A DNA stretch of 64,000 nt from Candidatus Cloacimonadales bacterium (GCA_963663475.2 CAXXJV010000001.1:1472001-1536000), one strand, 5' to 3'; positions 10,228 through 20,033 are shown, numbered from the stretch's first letter. Numbers and translations: made by a program. Notes: generated from the sequence alone by a model not told the origin.

Positions 10228-10303
10228 GGGCGTATAGCTCAGTTGGGAGAGCTCTTGCCTTACAAGCAAGCGGTCGGGGGTTCAAGTCCCTCTGCGCCCA
10301 CCA
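10228..10303 (+). tRNA. tRNA-Val(TAC)
   Basis: GGGCGTA/TGCGCCC acceptor stem, cttgc-ctTACaa-gcaag anticodon arm, encoded CCA. Confidence 0.97.
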
Positions 10304-10340
10304 TCATTTTCAAACCGATTAATAAAATTTCTTATACATC

Positions 10341-10416
10341 GGGCGTATAGCTCAGTTGGGAGAGCTCTTGCCTTACAAGCAAGCGGTCGGGGGTTCAAGT
10401 CCCTCTGCGCCCACCA
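10341..10416 (+). tRNA. tRNA-Val(TAC), identical second copy
   Basis: Identical to 10228-10303. Confidence 0.97.
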
Positions 10417-10427
10417 TCATCTTACCC

Positions 10428-10453
10428 AAGCCAACCTTGTTGGCTTTCTTTTT
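10428..10453 (+). terminator. Intrinsic terminator after the second tRNA-Val
   Basis: AAGCCAAC-ctt-GTTGGCTT followed by a T-rich tract. Confidence 0.7.
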
Positions 10454-10489
10454 AAGTACTTATTGCCATTAAGTACTTCATTTTTAGGA

Positions 10490-10568
<79 letters not shown>

Positions 10569-10833
10569 AAAATACCACTTATAACAATAAAAACTAAGCT
10601 TTTTTTTATCATTCTAAAAGTGACAGCAAGGTTGCCACTTTGCAAAAGCGTTTTTATCTCTCTATATTAAGGGTTATGGGATTCCAACCCGCTGTTACTC
10701 AGGTCAAAAAATAGACTTGAACTTAGCTGATACTCTCCATCTTAAGTTTGAATGCTAATCACAAATGTCTATTGCACTATCTGGGTTAAATGTATGATGA
10801 AATCAAGAAATTCTCATTATGTTTGCTTCATTT

Positions 10834-11050
10834 CAGGCTGTTGACAAACCCCTAAACATAAAATATGATAAAAAAACTTATTCTATATGCAAAAAAACAA
10901 GTGATTTGTAAAGTCGCTATATCTTTATCCAAACTCTTCACTGCAATGTATTTAAATACTATTTTGTTCGAGTTTGAGTAAATCAATTAGCGATCTCTTT
11001 TTGGAAAAAGAGACCAAAAACTCCAAGAAGCTGACTTTGTCAACACTCTG
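10834..11050. mobile_element. MITE family B: 217 bp, 15-bp TIRs, 5-bp target-site duplication
   Basis: Left end CAGGCTGTTGACAAA (10834-10848) and right end TTTGTCAACACTCTG (11036-11050) are 13/15 complementary. CATTT lies directly outside both ends (10829-10833, 11051-11055). No ORF. Confidence 0.85.
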
Positions 11051-11114
11051 CATTTAGATATTTCTAACATTTCTTACAAATAATAAATTGACGATTTGAC
11101 CAAGGAAATTATTT

Positions 11115-11263
11115 AAGTACTAAGTTTTGGAACTTCATACCAAAGTATGTAAAATGAGGATTCAAAACTCTCATGATGGATGAAGATTTAAAAACAGTTT
11201 CTCCTGTATGAGATGATTTACTTCCAGCCAAAGTATGCAATTAGGAAGTAATACACAAGTACT
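11115..11263 (+). ncRNA. Candidate structured cis-regulatory RNA in the amt 5' leader
   Basis: Two hairpins with an identical CAAAGTAT loop (11141-11148, 11229-11236), an intervening TCTCAT/ATGAGA stem and a possible closing AGTACT/AGTACT helix. Lies downstream of TTGACG (11088). Confidence 0.5.
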
Positions 11264-11337
11264 ATGAGATTATTGTTGCATTTATTTATTTATAAAGGTC
11301 TGAAATCCTGAGTGAGTAAATTAATGGAGGAACTGAA

Positions 11338-12540
11338 ATGTTCTCAGATGGCTCAACCGGATTTATGCTGGTTGCAACAAGTTTAGTTATGCTTATGACC
11401 CCTGGATTAGCCTTTTTTTATGGTGGTCTAGCTTCTAAACGAAATATTCTTGGTATAATGATTCAAAGTTTTGTATCATTAGGTGTAACAACAATTCTCT
11501 GGTATGCTTTCGGGTATTCCCTTTGTTTTAGTGGCTCAGGTCCCATTATTGGAAATTTCGATAAGAGTTTCCTCTTAGGAATTAATCTTCTAACTCCCTT
11601 TGGAGATGGTGCAATTCCTGAATTTGTTTTCTTTTCCTATCAAATGATGTTTGCTATTATTACCCCAGCCCTAATTACTGGTGCCTTTACTGGTAGGGTT
11701 TCCTTTAAAGCTTATCTTCTATTTTTGGTAGTTTGGCAAATTTTTGTTTATTACCCATTTGTCCATATGATTTGGGGTGGAGGAATCCTTGCTGAGTGGG
11801 GAGTTAGAGATTTCGCAGGAGGTATTGTAGTTCATGTTACAGCTGGTTTTGCAGCTCTTGCTTCTGTTATTTTTGTTGGTGAAAGGAAAAACAGAAACTC
11901 TAAACCTAACAGTATTCCCTTAGTTGCTATCGGAACAGGTCTTCTTTGGTTCGGCTGGTATGGTTTCAATGCTGGAAGTGAACTTAGGGTTGACCATATT
12001 ACAGCTCAAGCCTTTGTAAATACTGATATTGCTGCATCTTTTGCTACAATTACCTGGTTAATTATTGAGTGGACTCTTAAAAAGAAACCAAAATTTGTAG
12101 GACTTATGACAGGGGCTGTTGCTGGACTAGCAACAATAACTCCTGCTGCTGGTTTTGTGCCAGCTTGGGCTGCTGCAATAATTGGTATCTTAGCTGGTAT
12201 TGGTTGTTATATGGCAGTAGCATTAAAGAATAAACTCAAATGGGATGATGCTCTAGATGTTTGGGGTGTTCATGGTATGGGTGGATTTATTGGAACTGTA
12301 TTTCTTGGAGTTTTTGCAAGTTCAAGTCTTAATCCAGCTGGAGCTGATGGCTTATTAAAGGGGAACTCTACTTTCTTCTTCAAACAATTAATTACTGCAA
12401 GTGGAGCTGCTATTTATGCTTTCTTTTTTACTTATGCAATGCTGTGGATTATCAATAAGATAACAATTGTCAGAGTTTGCGAGGAACATGAAGGTCAAGG
12501 ATTAGATAGATCTCTCCACGATGAAGATGCATACGCATAG
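11338..12540 (+). CDS. amt: Ammonium transporter (Amt family)
   Basis: MTPGLAFFYGG, DFAGGIVVH, WFGWYGFNAGS and DDALDVWGVHG motifs; twin His retained; GGAGG RBS. Confidence 0.95.
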   Translation: MFSDGSTGFMLVATSLVMLMTPGLAFFYGGLASKRNILGIMIQSFVSLGVTTILWYAFGYSLCFSGSGPIIGNFDKSFLLGINLLTPFGDGAIPEFVFFSYQMMFAIITPALITGAFTGRVSFKAYLLFLVVWQIFVYYPFVHMIWGGGILAEWGVRDFAGGIVVHVTAGFAALASVIFVGERKNRNSKPNSIPLVAIGTGLLWFGWYGFNAGSELRVDHITAQAFVNTDIAASFATITWLIIEWTLKKKPKFVGLMTGAVAGLATITPAAGFVPAWAAAIIGILAGIGCYMAVALKNKLKWDDALDVWGVHGMGGFIGTVFLGVFASSSLNPAGADGLLKGNSTFFFKQLITASGAAIYAFFFTYAMLWIINKITIVRVCEEHEGQGLDRSLHDEDAYA

Positions 12541-12571
12541 TAAATAGAATTTAACTTTTACAAAAAAAAAT

Positions 12572-12601
12572 AACAAGAGACTGGCATACCAGTCTCTTGT
12601 T
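12572..12601. terminator. Bidirectional terminator between convergent amt and oxidoreductase genes
   Basis: AACAAGAGACTGG-cata-CCAGTCTCTTGTT, 13-bp perfect stem with A-rich and T-rich flanks. Confidence 0.8.
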
Positions 12602-12613
12602 TGTTTCTAGTTG

Positions 12614-12809
12614 AACCTAAATAGTGCAGTAGCCCTTTGTGAATAGTAGAATATTCTTTTGCAAAAGCAAGATCCATAATTTCTCCGAATATATAAATTA
12701 TATTAGTCAAAATTCTGTAAGCTATTTTGCTATAATAATCAGCACTCTTCACCTGTGATACGTAGCTTTAGCGAAGTATTACTAAAGCTCTACAACATCA
12801 TCTAGGATA
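12614..12809. mobile_element. MITE family A, full copy with a nested 28-bp hairpin
   Basis: Colinear with 59929-60096, plus extra gtgatacgtagctttagcgaagtattac at 12755-12782. The right end overlaps the stop codon of 12802..13377. Confidence 0.85.
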
Positions 12810-13377
12810 AAAATCTCTTTTTCACTTTATCCAAAAACTTAATCCTTCCCCTTTCTTTTCCTTTAGTGATGAAATCCTTATTCATCCACTTAATATTTTT
12901 CATTCCCACACTTTTTAGAGTTGCTTTGAAAGTTCTAGAAATTGGTCTACCAAAGCCAAACCTTAATAAGAATGTTGGCATTTCTGAAGTAGTTATGATT
13001 GTTGTTGATCTAATATTTGTTAATTTACCTATGAGGCCTAACTTACCATATTCATAGGCGTAACTTTTGAGCATAACTTTATCTATAAAGCCTTTTAAGA
13101 TTGCAGGCATACCGAACCACCAGATGGGGAAGATAAAGACTATTTGGTCAGACTCTTTTAATAGAACTTGGTATTTCTCTATTAACTTATCACTTGTTTT
13201 ACCCTTTGAAAACAAGGCTAAGTCATTTTCTTGCATAACTGGATTAAATCCATCTTTATTTAGATCAATAACTTCATAATCTTTCTTTCTAACTTTTAAT
13301 GAATCTTTAACAACATCTAATACTGCTTTATTAAAGCTTCCATGCCAAGGATGAGCAAATACTATACATGTTTTCAT
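12802..13377 (-). CDS. NAD(P)H-dependent oxidoreductase (flavodoxin_2/MdaB-KefF family)
   Basis: FAHPWHGSFN and FPIWWFGMPAILKGFIDKV motifs. Confidence 0.9.
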   Translation of the reverse strand: MKTCIVFAHPWHGSFNKAVLDVVKDSLKVRKKDYEVIDLNKDGFNPVMQENDLALFSKGKTSDKLIEKYQVLLKESDQIVFIFPIWWFGMPAILKGFIDKVMLKSYAYEYGKLGLIGKLTNIRSTTIITTSEMPTFLLRFGFGRPISRTFKATLKSVGMKNIKWMNKDFITKGKERGRIKFLDKVKKRFLS

Positions 13378-13516
13378 AGTTTCTCCTTTGAAAATATAAT
13401 AATATGTTTTATCAACCTAGCTAATATTATTTGTGCAAAAAAGCATTCTCTGGGAAAAATTAATTATGGATAGTCATTTCTTAAAATCCAATAAGCCCTA
13501 AATGGTACAAAGACTG

Positions 13517-14176
13517 CTAATAAATACCTACATCTTCTCTTACACCAAAAGATTTTCTAGCTTGATATAGTTTTTCAACTTCTTCTTGATCCATAGTTTG
13601 ATAGGAGTCAAGTTGCTTTAAGTTGAAGAATATTTTAGAAAAATGTTCCACTGTTTCCATTCGGTAATAGGCTGTTTCCACATCACTTCCCAGAGTAAGA
13701 ACCCCATGTTTCTCTAATAAAAAAGCCTCATGATTATGGACATATTTCTTGATGTTATTAGGAAGTTTGTCAGTCCCAGGTGTGCCATACTCAACTAAGG
13801 GAATTTTACCGATAGAGACTATGACTTCAACTAAGATAGGTTGGTCAAGAGGAATTCCTGCTACTGCTAATGATGTAGCATACACAGGATGAGCATGAAA
13901 AATACCCTTTACATCAGGTCTTTCTTGATATACCATGATGTGCATTCTTATTTCAGAAGAAGCTCTTCCCTTACCTTCAATAATATTTCCTTGCATATCA
14001 CAGAGGAGAATATCATCATAGGTTAAATAGCCTTTGGATTTACCTGAAGCAGTGATTAAAAACTTATCCTTACTAATTCTTATACTAATATTTCCATCGT
14101 TAGAAGCAACAAAACTTCTATTATATGCCCGTTTACCTAATTCAATTATTCTATCTTTTTCTTCTTTGTAATTCAT
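13517..14176 (-). CDS. Class II aldolase/adducin family protein (FucA-like)
   Basis: DGNIS, SSEIRMH, HAHP and KHGV zinc ligands; ATG 14176 with GGAGGA RBS. Confidence 0.9.
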   Translation of the reverse strand: MNYKEEKDRIIELGKRAYNRSFVASNDGNISIRISKDKFLITASGKSKGYLTYDDILLCDMQGNIIEGKGRASSEIRMHIMVYQERPDVKGIFHAHPVYATSLAVAGIPLDQPILVEVIVSIGKIPLVEYGTPGTDKLPNNIKKYVHNHEAFLLEKHGVLTLGSDVETAYYRMETVEHFSKIFFNLKQLDSYQTMDQEEVEKLYQARKSFGVREDVGIY

Positions 14177-14332
14177 TAAATCCTCCAAATAATGATAATG
14201 CTAGTGGTGTTTTTTTTGTCAACATAGGATGAATAAAATTTCAAGATTTTCTGGAATTGAAAGCATCATTGCTCTCAGAAGCTAAACTCAGAGATGCTTA
14301 GTATGGGATCAATTAATAACAAATTTAACGTA

Positions 14333-14417
14333 TTCATCGATAAAAAATTCTTAAACGTCGAATAGTATAAGCAATACATCTACTAAAGTTGAAATCAAAA
14401 CATACTTCAATTATATT
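14333..14417 (+). promoter_or_regulatory. Putative LytTR-binding direct repeats and sigma70 promoter of the exporter operon
   Basis: TTCATCGA (14333), AACGTCGA (14354) and TACATCTA (14375) at an exact 21-bp period, then TTGAAA(14389)-17 bp-TATATT(14412). Confidence 0.6.
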
Positions 14418-14447
14418 GTTTTAGAAATAGAAAAGAAGGAAAAAGTT

Positions 14448-15782
14448 ATGAAAAGTTATCTAAAGGGAAGTTTACTCATTTTGCTGATGTTATTAATTAG
14501 GTATCCAGTATTAGAAGCTCAAACAACAGAATATTCTCTTGAACAGTGCATTGCCTATGCCTGGGAAAACAATACAGATATTTCCCGAGCCAATAATTCA
14601 AGAGATAGTAAAGAATCTATTCTAGAACAATCAAAAGCTGCTTTGTTACCAAACCTATCTTTAGGTTTAAGTCAAGATTTCAGTTCTTCAAAAAATTATT
14701 CAACAAGTGAAGAAACATGGAATAGTGAGAAGCATTCTGGCACAAGTTTATCTCTAAGTTCAAGTGTAACCTTGTTTAATGGGGCAAAACTTATAAACAC
14801 AATCCGTCAAAACAAAAGTGATTTATCAGCTACAGAGTATGAAATCCAAACTAGGAAGGAGTTGCTAAGTTTGGAAGTCCTTACAGCTTACATCAATGTG
14901 CTATTAGCTAACGAACAATATTTGAATAGGGAAACACAACTATATTCTACAGAAGAGCAATTAGCATTAGCAGAGGCACGAAAGTTAGCAGGAGTATTAT
15001 CAAATTCAGATTATATGAACATAAAATCTGAATATGCCTCTGATAAAGCTGCTTTGGTTTCTGCACAAAGTGCAAAACGAATTAGTCTTGTCTCTTTGAT
15101 GCAGATATTGAATATGCCAATTGAGGATTCTCTATCTATTGTAGAACCTGATTTAGAGACACTTATAGATGAAAATCAAATTACTAATGCTGATAAAATT
15201 TATAAAATTGCTTTAGAGATTCTTCCTGAAGTTAAAACATCAGACTTGAATCTTGAAAGTGCTGAGCTAGGCATCAAAATAGCCAAAGCAGATGCATTAC
15301 CAACGGTTTCACTCAGAGGAGCTTTAGCTACTAACTATTCTGATGCTTTGTCAGAAATTAATTTTGGTCAACAGTTCTCAAATAAGATAAGTCAATCTGT
15401 TAGTCTAGCAGTCTCTCTCCCAATTTTCCAGAACAAGAAAGTAAAAAATCAAGTTACTCAAGCTACTCTACAGGTAAAAGAATCTCAGTTATCTTTAATT
15501 GATACAAAAAATAACCTACGTAAAAGTATAGAACAAACTTGTACAGATTCTGAAATAGCTAAAATGTCCTATCAAGCAGCCCAAGAACAATATTGGGCAG
15601 CCCAAGAAGCTTACCGTCTTGCTGGAGAAATGTTCTCTCAAGGCCTTATTAATTCTGTTGATTTTCAATTTTCCAAAAACACTTACATAAATGCAAAAAA
15701 TGACTTAACCCAAAGCAAATACAATGTCCTCCTTCAGAATAAAATTATCAATTATTTCTGTGGACTTTCAATTCTATTTTAA
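14448..15782 (+). CDS. TolC-family outer membrane efflux protein
   Basis: Signal peptide, SLEQCIAYA start, two OEP repeats (LLPNLSL / ALPTVSL..SLPIF). Confidence 0.9.
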   Translation: MKSYLKGSLLILLMLLIRYPVLEAQTTEYSLEQCIAYAWENNTDISRANNSRDSKESILEQSKAALLPNLSLGLSQDFSSSKNYSTSEETWNSEKHSGTSLSLSSSVTLFNGAKLINTIRQNKSDLSATEYEIQTRKELLSLEVLTAYINVLLANEQYLNRETQLYSTEEQLALAEARKLAGVLSNSDYMNIKSEYASDKAALVSAQSAKRISLVSLMQILNMPIEDSLSIVEPDLETLIDENQITNADKIYKIALEILPEVKTSDLNLESAELGIKIAKADALPTVSLRGALATNYSDALSEINFGQQFSNKISQSVSLAVSLPIFQNKKVKNQVTQATLQVKESQLSLIDTKNNLRKSIEQTCTDSEIAKMSYQAAQEQYWAAQEAYRLAGEMFSQGLINSVDFQFSKNTYINAKNDLTQSKYNVLLQNKIINYFCGLSILF

Positions 15783-15794
15783 AAAGGAAAAATC

Positions 15795-17090
15795 ATGAAA
15801 AAGTCAAAAAATGTCAAAACAATTATTATCATACTAGTTCTTCCCCTTATTATTGCTAGTTTAATAGTCTATTATATCATTGATAAAAAGGGTGGAGAAT
15901 ACGTTTTTGAAACAACTAAAGTAACTAAAGCTAACATCAGCAATACTATAACAGCTACTGGAACTCTAGGTGCTACAAATACTGTTGTAGTAGGGACTCA
16001 AGTTTCAGGAGTTATAAAGAAACTCTATGTTGATTTCAATTCGGTAGTTGAAAAAGGAGACTTGATAGCTGAACTAGATAAGTCAACTTTGCAGTATAGT
16101 TTAGAGAATGCTGAAGCTGAAGTTTCAAATGCCCAAGCTGAATTTGATTATCAACAATCTAGTTTTCAAAGGATGCAGGAATTGTATGCTCAAAATCTTC
16201 TCTCGGAAAGTGATTATGATTTAGCAACATTTAACTACAAGAAGAGTCAAGCTTCCCTTAAATCTTCAAAAGCAAATTTGAAGAGAGCTGAACAGAATTT
16301 AGCTTATGCCACAATCTATTCACCAATTAGTGGTATCGTACAAAATTGTGCAGTGGAAGAAGGACAGACTGTTACTTCTAGTATGAGCACACCTGAGTTA
16401 TTTACTATTGTTAATGACCTTACTACAATGCAAGTTGAAGCTAATATTGATGAAGCTGATATCGGACAGGTAAAAAAGGGACAAAGAGTTGAGTTTACAG
16501 TTGATGCGTTTCCAGATCGAACCTTCGAGGGTGAAATATCAGAAGTTCGTCTCCAACCAACTGAAGCATCAAATGTAATAACTTACCCTGTAATCATTAT
16601 GGTGGAAAACCCTGACTTAGAACTAAGGCCAGGATTAACTGCAAGTATAGTAACTTATGTTGAAGAAGCTTCTGATGTTTTAGTGGTATCATCAAAAGCC
16701 AAAAGTTTTACTCCAGACCAAGAAGTTTTACGAATGTATATGGAATCGCTTAGGACAGAAGAAGAAGAAGAAGTGGTAAATGGTAAATCAAGCAATAATT
16801 CTAAAAAGCTAGAAAATCGTCCACAAGCACCTAGGAAGTTAGATGAGTCCCAGGCTATGGTATGGGTCAAAGATGGCAATAAAATCTACCCAACCCTAGT
16901 TGAAACGGGTATTAATGATGGTTCAAAAATTGAAATAATCACAGGTCTTACTGAGAATACAGAAGTTATTACTTCATTTTCCTACACTAATTCAGGGAAT
17001 ATCTCAAAAAACAAAGAAGATGATGAACAGAAAAGCCCATTTGTTCAATCAGGACAAAGAGGTCCTGGTGGTGGCAGACCTAGGCCATAA
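15795..17090 (+). CDS. MacA-like periplasmic adaptor (membrane fusion protein)
   Basis: N-terminal TM; VGTQVSG, IYSPISG and NIDEADIGQV motifs. Confidence 0.92.
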   Translation: MKKSKNVKTIIIILVLPLIIASLIVYYIIDKKGGEYVFETTKVTKANISNTITATGTLGATNTVVVGTQVSGVIKKLYVDFNSVVEKGDLIAELDKSTLQYSLENAEAEVSNAQAEFDYQQSSFQRMQELYAQNLLSESDYDLATFNYKKSQASLKSSKANLKRAEQNLAYATIYSPISGIVQNCAVEEGQTVTSSMSTPELFTIVNDLTTMQVEANIDEADIGQVKKGQRVEFTVDAFPDRTFEGEISEVRLQPTEASNVITYPVIIMVENPDLELRPGLTASIVTYVEEASDVLVVSSKAKSFTPDQEVLRMYMESLRTEEEEEVVNGKSSNNSKKLENRPQAPRKLDESQAMVWVKDGNKIYPTLVETGINDGSKIEIITGLTENTEVITSFSYTNSGNISKNKEDDEQKSPFVQSGQRGPGGGRPRP

Positions 17091-17117
17091 ATATAAATAA
17101 GAATTCAAAGGAGAATT

Positions 17118-18020
17118 ATGATGAAAAATATAATAATGGTGCTCATAATAATTAGTATAGCAATTATACCTCAATTACTTACAGGCCAAACTAACAAAGG
17201 GCGTAGGCCAGAAAGACCTGAAAGAACTCAAGAAAAATTAACTGCTTACCAAATCAAAGTGGTAAAGGCTATCCTTTCTAAATATGATAAACAGGCATTA
17301 ACTTCAGAAGATGCAATAGCAATTCAAGATGAAATTCGTAAAGCAGGTTTAGAATTAGGTCCAGAAACTGATAAAGTTATTGATGATGGAGGTTTTGATG
17401 CTAAAAAGCTTAGAGATTTAGCTTCACCTCCCAAAAGGGCTGTAAAAGATGAAGTAAATTTGCAGAATACGAGACTGGATAATTCAAGAAATAATCGAAA
17501 TAGAGCAGAAAATATTCCTATCACTAAAATTTCTCCGACAAACTTGGATGTATTTCGGATTAGTAGTCCTGCTGTAGATAAAAACAATTTGCTTGCTAGT
17601 GAATTTACCAGGGATGGTAAAGGTGTATCAATGCCTTTGGAATGGGAAAATGCACCTAAAGATACTAAGTACTTTGCGTTGAATGTATGGCACCAACCTA
17701 ATCCTTCTAACGAGTCTATTGTAAAATCATATTGGGTTCTTTATGATATTCCTGTAGGCATAAGTTCACTTCCTAAAAATGTACAAAACATTGGTCTTGT
17801 TGGCTACAATGATAAGAATAGCCAAGATTATGATCCGATGAAATCTAAAGGACCTGGACTTAAACTTTATAATATAACACTATATGCGCTATCAGAAAAA
17901 CCAGTATTCACATCAGATAAGGTTCATAGAAAAGAACTACTAGAAGCTATAGAAGATATCACTATAGAAGAATGCACATTGCAGTATCTTTATGAGAGAA
18001 AGCAAAACAAGGCAAGATAA
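17118..18020 (+). CDS. Exported YbhB/YbcL (PEBP) family protein with N-terminal helical extension
   Basis: Signal peptide. C-terminal half has FTRDGKGVSMPLEW..YWVLYDIP..GPGLKLYNITLYALS, typical of bacterial PEBP. Confidence 0.75.
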   Translation: MMKNIIMVLIIISIAIIPQLLTGQTNKGRRPERPERTQEKLTAYQIKVVKAILSKYDKQALTSEDAIAIQDEIRKAGLELGPETDKVIDDGGFDAKKLRDLASPPKRAVKDEVNLQNTRLDNSRNNRNRAENIPITKISPTNLDVFRISSPAVDKNNLLASEFTRDGKGVSMPLEWENAPKDTKYFALNVWHQPNPSNESIVKSYWVLYDIPVGISSLPKNVQNIGLVGYNDKNSQDYDPMKSKGPGLKLYNITLYALSEKPVFTSDKVHRKELLEAIEDITIEECTLQYLYERKQNKAR

Positions 18021-18049
18021 TCTATCTGTAAAGGCTAAAAGAGGAATTA

Positions 18050-18814
18050 ATGAATAATCAAGAAATTATAAAAATAATAGATTTACATAAGAACTATATT
18101 GTTGGTAATCAAACAATAAGGGCTTTAGATGGAATCAATCTAACAGTCAATAAAGGTGATTTCGTTGCTATCATGGGCTCAAGCGGTTCTGGTAAATCAA
18201 CACTACTTAATATATTGGGATGTTTAGATTTACCATCTTCAGGAGATTACCTTCTTGATGGTTTAAATGTAAAAAGTCTAAATAAAAATAAATTAGCTGA
18301 AATAAGAAATCAAAAACTTGGCTTTGTTTTTCAATCTTATAATCTCTTACCTAGAACAACAGCTATAGAAAATGTTGAGCTACCCCTACTTTATAACCCT
18401 TCAATAAGTAATGCTGAACGAAAAGATAGAGCAGAGCAAGCATTAATATCAGTAGGACTTAAAGAGAGAATGCAACATTTGTCTAATCAAATGTCAGGTG
18501 GTCAACAACAAAGAGTAGCTATAGCTAGATCGATGGTTTCTAATCCTGTGGTTATATTTGCTGATGAAGCTACAGGTAATCTTGATACTAAAACTTCCTA
18601 CGAGATTATGGATCTATTCCAAGAATTAAATAGGAATGGTATGACAATTTGCTTTGTAACTCACGAAACTGACATTGCTGCTTTTACTAAACGTAATGTA
18701 GTTTTTCTCGATGGTAAAATAGTGGAGGATAAAATTAATAAAAAGGTTCAAAATGTAACAGATGCTTTGAACAGAACATTAGCAAATCAACCTAATTCCG
18801 AAACAGGACTATAA
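18050..18814 (+). CDS. MacB/LolD-type ABC ATP-binding protein
   Basis: GSSGSGKST, MSGGQQQRVAIAR and ADEATGNLD motifs. Confidence 0.95.
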   Translation: MNNQEIIKIIDLHKNYIVGNQTIRALDGINLTVNKGDFVAIMGSSGSGKSTLLNILGCLDLPSSGDYLLDGLNVKSLNKNKLAEIRNQKLGFVFQSYNLLPRTTAIENVELPLLYNPSISNAERKDRAEQALISVGLKERMQHLSNQMSGGQQQRVAIARSMVSNPVVIFADEATGNLDTKTSYEIMDLFQELNRNGMTICFVTHETDIAAFTKRNVVFLDGKIVEDKINKKVQNVTDALNRTLANQPNSETGL

Positions 18815-18815
18815 A

Positions 18816-20033
18816 ATGAAATTTATGAACATAATAAAAATTGCCCTAACGGCAATTAAACGGAACAAAATGCGTTCTTTTTTAACTATTCTGGGTATTG
18901 TAATTGGTGTAGCTGCCGTAATTGCCATGCTTGCAATTGGTTATGGCTCTAATAATAGTATTCGCGAAACTATATCTTCCATGGGAACAAACTTAATAAA
19001 CATCAGGCCTCTAAGCCCCAATTCTGGTGGAGTTAGGAGAAGCAGTTCAGCCTCTCAAACTTTGAAAGTCGCTGATGTTACTTATTTACAGAATAACAGC
19101 AAATTACTAGATGCTGTCTCCCCTGAGCTAAATGGCAATGGTCAAATAATCTATGGGTCTAATAACTGGCCTACGGATATTTACAGTGGAAATGAAGATT
19201 ATCTCTATATTAAAAAGTATGAAGTTGCAACTGGAAGAGTTTACACAGAAAAAGAGATAAAATTAGCAGCAAAAGTCTGTTTAGTAGGACAAACAGTTAT
19301 TGACAATGTTTTCGGCGATGAAGATCCTTTAGGAAAAGTAATTAGATTTAATAAAATACCTTTTACTGTCATAGGAACTCTAACAGAAAAAGGGAATAAC
19401 ACTTTTGGACAAGATCAAGATGATATGATCCTTGCCCCTTATACAACAGTAATGAAAAGAATATATAGACAAACATTTTTAAGAGCCATTGTTTTATCTG
19501 CTAAATCTGAAGATGCCATAGATACAACTAGCGCTGAAGTTACATCACTATTACGAATATCCCATAAGTTAAAAGATACTGAAGAGGATGATTTCGAATT
19601 AAAAACACAGGAAGAGTTAATTAGCAACTTTTCATCTGTTTCAGAAATGATGCTAGTTCTTTTAGGTTCAATAGCGGCAATTTCTTTGGTTGTTGGTGGT
19701 ATTGGAATTATGAACGTGATGTATATGTCAGTTACAGAACGTACAAGAGAAATAGGTTTAAGGATGGCTCTTGGTGGCAAAAGCAAAGACATCTTAAAAC
19801 AGTTCTTATTTGAAGCTTTACTACTAAGTATTCTCGGTGGTATAATTGGTATTTTAGTCGGTATTTTCTCTTCCTCTATTGTAGAACATTTGCTAGGATG
19901 GCCTGTGCTAGTAACTACTAATTCAATACTGCTTTCTTTCTTGTTCTGTACTTTTATCGGAGTATTTTTTGGCTGGTATCCGGCTCGGAAAGCTTCATCT
20001 CTTAATCCCATCGATGCTTTAAGACATGAATAA
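18816..20033 (+). CDS. MacB/FtsX-type ABC permease
   Basis: RSFLTILGIVIGV, GGIGIMN..VTERTREIGLRMALG and GWYPARKAS.LNPIDALR motifs. Confidence 0.95.
   Translation: MKFMNIIKIALTAIKRNKMRSFLTILGIVIGVAAVIAMLAIGYGSNNSIRETISSMGTNLINIRPLSPNSGGVRRSSSASQTLKVADVTYLQNNSKLLDAVSPELNGNGQIIYGSNNWPTDIYSGNEDYLYIKKYEVATGRVYTEKEIKLAAKVCLVGQTVIDNVFGDEDPLGKVIRFNKIPFTVIGTLTEKGNNTFGQDQDDMILAPYTTVMKRIYRQTFLRAIVLSAKSEDAIDTTSAEVTSLLRISHKLKDTEEDDFELKTQEELISNFSSVSEMMLVLLGSIAAISLVVGGIGIMNVMYMSVTERTREIGLRMALGGKSKDILKQFLFEALLLSILGGIIGILVGIFSSSIVEHLLGWPVLVTTNSILLSFLFCTFIGVFFGWYPARKASSLNPIDALRHE

Noticed and set aside
10669-10712. tRNA-like fragment on the minus strand (ttttgacctgagtaacagcgggttggaatcccataaccctta)
   Set aside because: The T-loop is imperfect (GTTGGAA), the anticodon stem does not pair, and it does not match the neighbouring Pro or Val tRNAs as an att site.
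12558-12752. Track ORFs 12558..12752 (-) and 22380..22637 (-)
   Set aside because: They lie over MITE-A copies and a terminator, so they are chance frames in repeat DNA.
14260-14310. Hairpin-like AGCATC..AGAGATGCT segment as another MITE-A copy
   Set aside because: Similarity to the TIR consensus is too weak to call by eye.
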